Below are positions 60,951 to 64,000 of a stretch of DNA of 64,000 nucleotides, piece after piece. How positions within the stretch are numbered: position 1 is the stretch's first letter; each line of letters opens with the position of its first letter. This stretch comes from Agreia sp. (GTDB taxonomy: Bacteria; Actinomycetota; Actinomycetes; Actinomycetales; Microbacteriaceae): the NCBI GenBank assembly GCA_040398585.1, contig JBBATW010000003.1:14670-78669 (forward strand), in the 5' to 3' direction. The notes under the pieces were generated by a model. It was not told the origin of the DNA, did no database searches, and saw only the letters and a program-made list of their open reading frames with translations. A program made the translations under genes and the position numbers.

Positions 60951-61000
60951 GGCGCCCAGCCTACGTGTCTTTCCCAGACCCCCGCGATAAACTTCAGTTC

Positions 61001-62371
61001 ATGACCGACACTCTCTCGTCCCGCCCCGTCGAAGCCACTTCCTTCACGATCGCCCAGGAGCGAAAGGTCGTCACCTCGATCCCCGGCCCTCGGTCCATTG
61101 CCCTGCACGAACGTCGCCTCGCCGTTGTACCCACCGGTGTGGCCACCACCCTTCCCGTCTACATCGAGAAAGCCAACGGAGCCATAGTCGTCGACGTCGA
61201 CGGCAACCACTTCATCGACCTGGGTGCCGGAATCGGCGTCACGACCATCGGGCACACGAACCCGGCCGTCGTCGCCGCCGCCACCCAGCAGCTCAACAAG
61301 GTCACCCATACGCTCTTCACCGTAACTCCCTACGAGGAGTACGTGCGTGTCGCCGAACTGCTCGCTGAGCACACCCCCGGTGACTTCGCAAAGAAGACCG
61401 TGCTCGTGAACTCCGGCGCGGAGGCGGTAGAGAATGCCGTCAAGATCGCCCGCAAGTTCACCCGCCGGGTCGGCGTGGGCGTGCTGGACCACGGCTACCA
61501 CGGTCGCACCAACCTGACCATGGCCATGAACTTCAAGGCGGCGCCCTACTCAACCGGCTTCGGCCCGTTCGCAGGCGACGTCTACCACGCGCCCAATTCC
61601 AACCCGTATCACGATGGCCTAACAGGCGCCCAAGCGGCCAAGAACACCATCGCCTGGTTCGAGAAGACCGTCGGAGCCTACGACCTCGCCTGCATCGTGG
61701 TCGAGCCTATCCAAGGCGAAGGAGGCTTCATCGTCCCCGCCGAGGGGTACCTGCAGGCGCTTCAGGCGTGGTGCACCGAGAATGGCATCGTCTATATCTC
61801 CGACGAGATTCAGAGCGGAATGGCCCGAACCGGCGCCTACTTCGCCAGTTCGCACTTCGGCCTCGTTCCCGACATGGTCACCAGCGCCAAGGGCATCGCA
61901 GGCGGAATGCCGCTGGCCGGGGTCACTGGACGCGCCGAGATCATGGACTCCGCATTCCCCGGCGGACTGGGCGGCACCTTCGGCGGCAACCCCGTTGCCG
62001 CCGCCGCCGCGATCGCGGTGTTCGAGACCATCGAGAGCGACAACCTGCTCGCGGAGGCCACCCGCATCGGAAACACCCTGACGGCCGGGCTCGCGAAGCT
62101 GGCCGCCAAGTACGACATCATCGGCGAGGTGCGCGGCATCGGCGCCATGATTGCGATCGAGTTCGTGATGCCCGGCACGGGTTCCACCACCAAGGAGCCC
62201 AACGCCGCCGCAGTGAACGCGATTACCGCCTTCGCCGCTGCGAACGGTGTGCTCGTGCTGAATGCCGGAACGTACGGCAATGTGATCCGCTTCCTGCCGA
62301 GCCTGGTGATTTCCGACACCCTGCTCGAGGATGCCCTCGGTGTCCTCGATGCCGCCATGGCGACCCTGTAG
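61001..62371 (+). CDS. gabT: 4-aminobutyrate--2-oxoglutarate transaminase
   Basis: Class III aminotransferase. GIGVTTIGHTNP, EPIQGEGGFIVP, ISDEIQSGMARTG, and TSAKGIAGGMPL (PLP lysine). Start at MTDTLSS. Confidence 0.9.
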   Translation: MTDTLSSRPVEATSFTIAQERKVVTSIPGPRSIALHERRLAVVPTGVATTLPVYIEKANGAIVVDVDGNHFIDLGAGIGVTTIGHTNPAVVAAATQQLNKVTHTLFTVTPYEEYVRVAELLAEHTPGDFAKKTVLVNSGAEAVENAVKIARKFTRRVGVGVLDHGYHGRTNLTMAMNFKAAPYSTGFGPFAGDVYHAPNSNPYHDGLTGAQAAKNTIAWFEKTVGAYDLACIVVEPIQGEGGFIVPAEGYLQALQAWCTENGIVYISDEIQSGMARTGAYFASSHFGLVPDMVTSAKGIAGGMPLAGVTGRAEIMDSAFPGGLGGTFGGNPVAAAAAIAVFETIESDNLLAEATRIGNTLTAGLAKLAAKYDIIGEVRGIGAMIAIEFVMPGTGSTTKEPNAAAVNAITAFAAANGVLVLNAGTYGNVIRFLPSLVISDTLLEDALGVLDAAMATL

Positions 62372-62379
62372 CCTTGGCA

Positions 62380-63372
62380 GTGACGACCGAGGGCGTACTG
62401 CCCGGAACCTTCGCGGTTGATCAATCCGTCGAACTCGCCGTGCTGACCCGCAGCGGGTTCGTCGAGAGCAGGCACTCCGGCTCCGCTGTGGTCGTGGATT
62501 CGGAGGGCAATGACCTGCTCGTGCTCGGCGATGCGAGTTCGCCGGTGTTCCCCCGGTCGTGCCTCAAACCGTTCCAAGCCTTGGCGGTGATGGAATCCGG
62601 TGTTCGACTCTCCCCTGTTCAGACGGCGCTCTCCACCGCCAGCCACTCCGGAACTCCCGAGCACCTTCTGGTCGTGCGAAGCATTCTCGCCACGGCTGGC
62701 ATCGATGAGTCACAGCTCGGTTGCCCAAATGACTGGCCTGGAAGCCGGTCGAGCCGGGATGCGGTCGTGCTGGCCGGCGGGCACCCCGAGGCCGTCATGA
62801 TGAACTGCTCCGGCAAGCACGCCGCCATGCTGGTGGCCTGCGTCCTGAACGGCTGGTCGACTGCGGACTACCTCAAGCCGGCGCATCCGCTCCAAGCGAA
62901 GGTTCTGGAGGTTATTGAGCGCTACACCGGGGACAAAGTGCAGTTCAGCGGCATCGACGGCTGCGGCGCCCCGGTGCACGCCGTCTCCCTGCGTGGCCTG
63001 GCCCGTGGCATCTCGCGGGTCGCGCAGTCCTTGGATGAGTACTCCGCGTGGCTCACCTCCAGCGTGTTGGAAAACGGCTGGGCCCTGGACGGACCCGGCG
63101 AGGAGAACACCATTGTCATCGAGCGCCTCGGAGTGTTCGCGAAGATCGGTGCGGAGGGTGTCATGGTGATGTCCACGACGTCGGGCGTCGCCGTAGCCCT
63201 GAAGATTCTCGATGGAAACCTGCGTGCGGCCGTCATCGTGGCGCTGGAGCTGCTCGTGCGAGTGGGCGCCCTCACCCCCGACGCCGTCGAGAACACCCGC
63301 TCCGTGTTGAACCTGCATGTGCTGGGCGGAGGCAAGCCCGTGGGCAGTATCCAGGTCACGGCCCACCCCTGA
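62380..63372 (+). CDS. Asparaginase family protein (Rhizobium-type asparaginase II, PF06089-like)
   Basis: ESRHSGSAVVVDSEG, FPRSCLKPFQALAV and NCSGKHAAML match the family as I remember it. GTG start at 62380. The upstream part of track ORF 61768.. is an out-of-frame overlap with gabT. Confidence 0.7.
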   Translation: MTTEGVLPGTFAVDQSVELAVLTRSGFVESRHSGSAVVVDSEGNDLLVLGDASSPVFPRSCLKPFQALAVMESGVRLSPVQTALSTASHSGTPEHLLVVRSILATAGIDESQLGCPNDWPGSRSSRDAVVLAGGHPEAVMMNCSGKHAAMLVACVLNGWSTADYLKPAHPLQAKVLEVIERYTGDKVQFSGIDGCGAPVHAVSLRGLARGISRVAQSLDEYSAWLTSSVLENGWALDGPGEENTIVIERLGVFAKIGAEGVMVMSTTSGVAVALKILDGNLRAAVIVALELLVRVGALTPDAVENTRSVLNLHVLGGGKPVGSIQVTAHP

Positions 63373-64000
63373 CGCCCCCGGCCTTGACGCCCCCGGCCCG
63401 GCCGAGCACCCCGGCACAGGTGAGCAGCCACCGTCGGGGCATCCCAGGATTCGTCGGCGGCGGAAGGTCCCTCCGGCGAGTCAGCGACCGGTAGTCGGCG
63501 ACGGTGCAGGCGTCGAAGAGCACATCGAACGAAGCTCGGAGGGCTCCGAACAGTGCCCAGTGATTCAGCCACTCCTCCGGCTCGCCAACGATCGAAAGCC
63601 TCGGGGCATCGGCTATCCCGGCTACGTACTGGGCTGTGGGCCGCGGTATGTCGATCGCAAGCTCGGCCAGCTTCAGTACTTCGCCATGCGACTCACCCTG
63701 TTCGGCGATGAAACTTTGCACTCTCGTGGACACGACCAGGAGTCGGCCCGATAGCCGGGGTGATGCGTCAGTTTCCGGCTGCTCGGCGGCATAAATTCCG
63801 TCGGGTGGACCTGGTCCGCCTGCCCCGGAGGTTGAGCCAGCCGACACGGCGACCTTCAGTCTGGTTCCCGACCAAAAGCCCTCGCCCGGGGCGAGCATCG
63901 GATCGAAATCAGCGGGCCGGCCGTCGGCGAGCAGGTACTCCGCCCGACTCGTAGACCGCAGCAGGATGCGCTCTCTGAACAGCGGGGCGAGGCCGGAAAG
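63356..64000 (-). CDS. C-terminal part of an FtsK/SpoIIIE-like (EccC-like?) ATPase; gene continues beyond the right edge
   Basis: The reading frame is open from the window edge (LSGLAPLFRERILLRSTSRAEYLLADGRPADFDPMLAPGEGFWSG...), so the ATG at 63898 is internal. The ...LLR..s..e.....G......PGxG... pattern resembles the end of FtsK-type P-loop domains. Weak call. Confidence 0.4.
   Translation of the reverse strand, partial: LSGLAPLFRERILLRSTSRAEYLLADGRPADFDPMLAPGEGFWSGTRLKVAVSAGSTSGAGGPGPPDGIYAAEQPETDASPRLSGRLLVVSTRVQSFIAEQGESHGEVLKLAELAIDIPRPTAQYVAGIADAPRLSIVGEPEEWLNHWALFGALRASFDVLFDACTVADYRSLTRRRDLPPPTNPGMPRRWLLTCAGVLGRAGGVKAGGVRGGP
63370..63399. repeat. 15-bp direct tandem duplication at a convergent gene junction
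   Basis: tgacgcccccggcct / tgacgcccccggccc. The first copy starts with the asparaginase TGA stop. On the minus strand the pair encodes AGGVK-AGGVR in the tail of the FtsK-like ORF. Confidence 0.8.

Noticed and set aside
61768-62379. N-terminal 204 codons of the 534-aa track ORF 61768..63372
   Set aside because: This part overlaps gabT out of frame and is extremely Arg-rich (RRDSERNGPNRRLLRQFALRPRSRHGHQRQGHRRRN...). The asparaginase-family homology only starts after GTG 62380.

Overview
High-GC (about 65-70%) actinobacterial chromosome, most likely Micrococcales/Microbacteriaceae. That taxon call is inferred from gene content and order only. Most genes are on the minus strand. They follow the conserved actinobacterial core backbone that I recall from Mycobacterium tuberculosis (Rv2870c down to Rv2361c): dxr - rip1-like M50 protease - ispG - proS - nusA - ylxR - infB - rbfA - truB - ribF - rpsO - pnp - M16 peptidase - dapB - thyX - leuA - recO - uppS. 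Lineage-specific blocks are inserted at several junctions. I found no rRNA, tRNA, CRISPR array, transposase or integrase.

The main accessory locus is at 53.1-60.5 kb. It holds a 1320-aa single-module NRPS with the A-T-(2TM + hexapeptide domain)x3 architecture of the Pls/PosA homopoly(amino acid) synthetase family. The hand-derived specificity code is lysine-like. The stop codon overlaps the start of an M1 zinc peptidase gene. The pair is flanked by an Sfp-type phosphopantetheinyl transferase and a divergent DHA2 MFS exporter.

Other points worth a second look:
- Five TAATG stop-start junctions forming mini-ORFs in the ylxR-infB spacer, feeding into a hairpin over the infB Shine-Dalgarno.
- A 14-codon leader ORF with four consecutive Leu codons plus a hairpin upstream of leuA.
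- Two orphan genes (a membrane protein and a very acidic 99-aa protein) wedged between rpsO and pnp.
- A decaying 0.7 kb region with a frameshift at a C6/G6 run.
- Several apparent pseudoenzymes: an esterase fold without its triad, a kinase fold without a P-loop, and a FolP2-type DHPS-like protein.

All functional calls come from reading motifs in the supplied translations; no database search was possible. CDS ends follow the ORF track. Several starts were moved to internal start codons on Shine-Dalgarno or homology grounds and are less certain than the stops.
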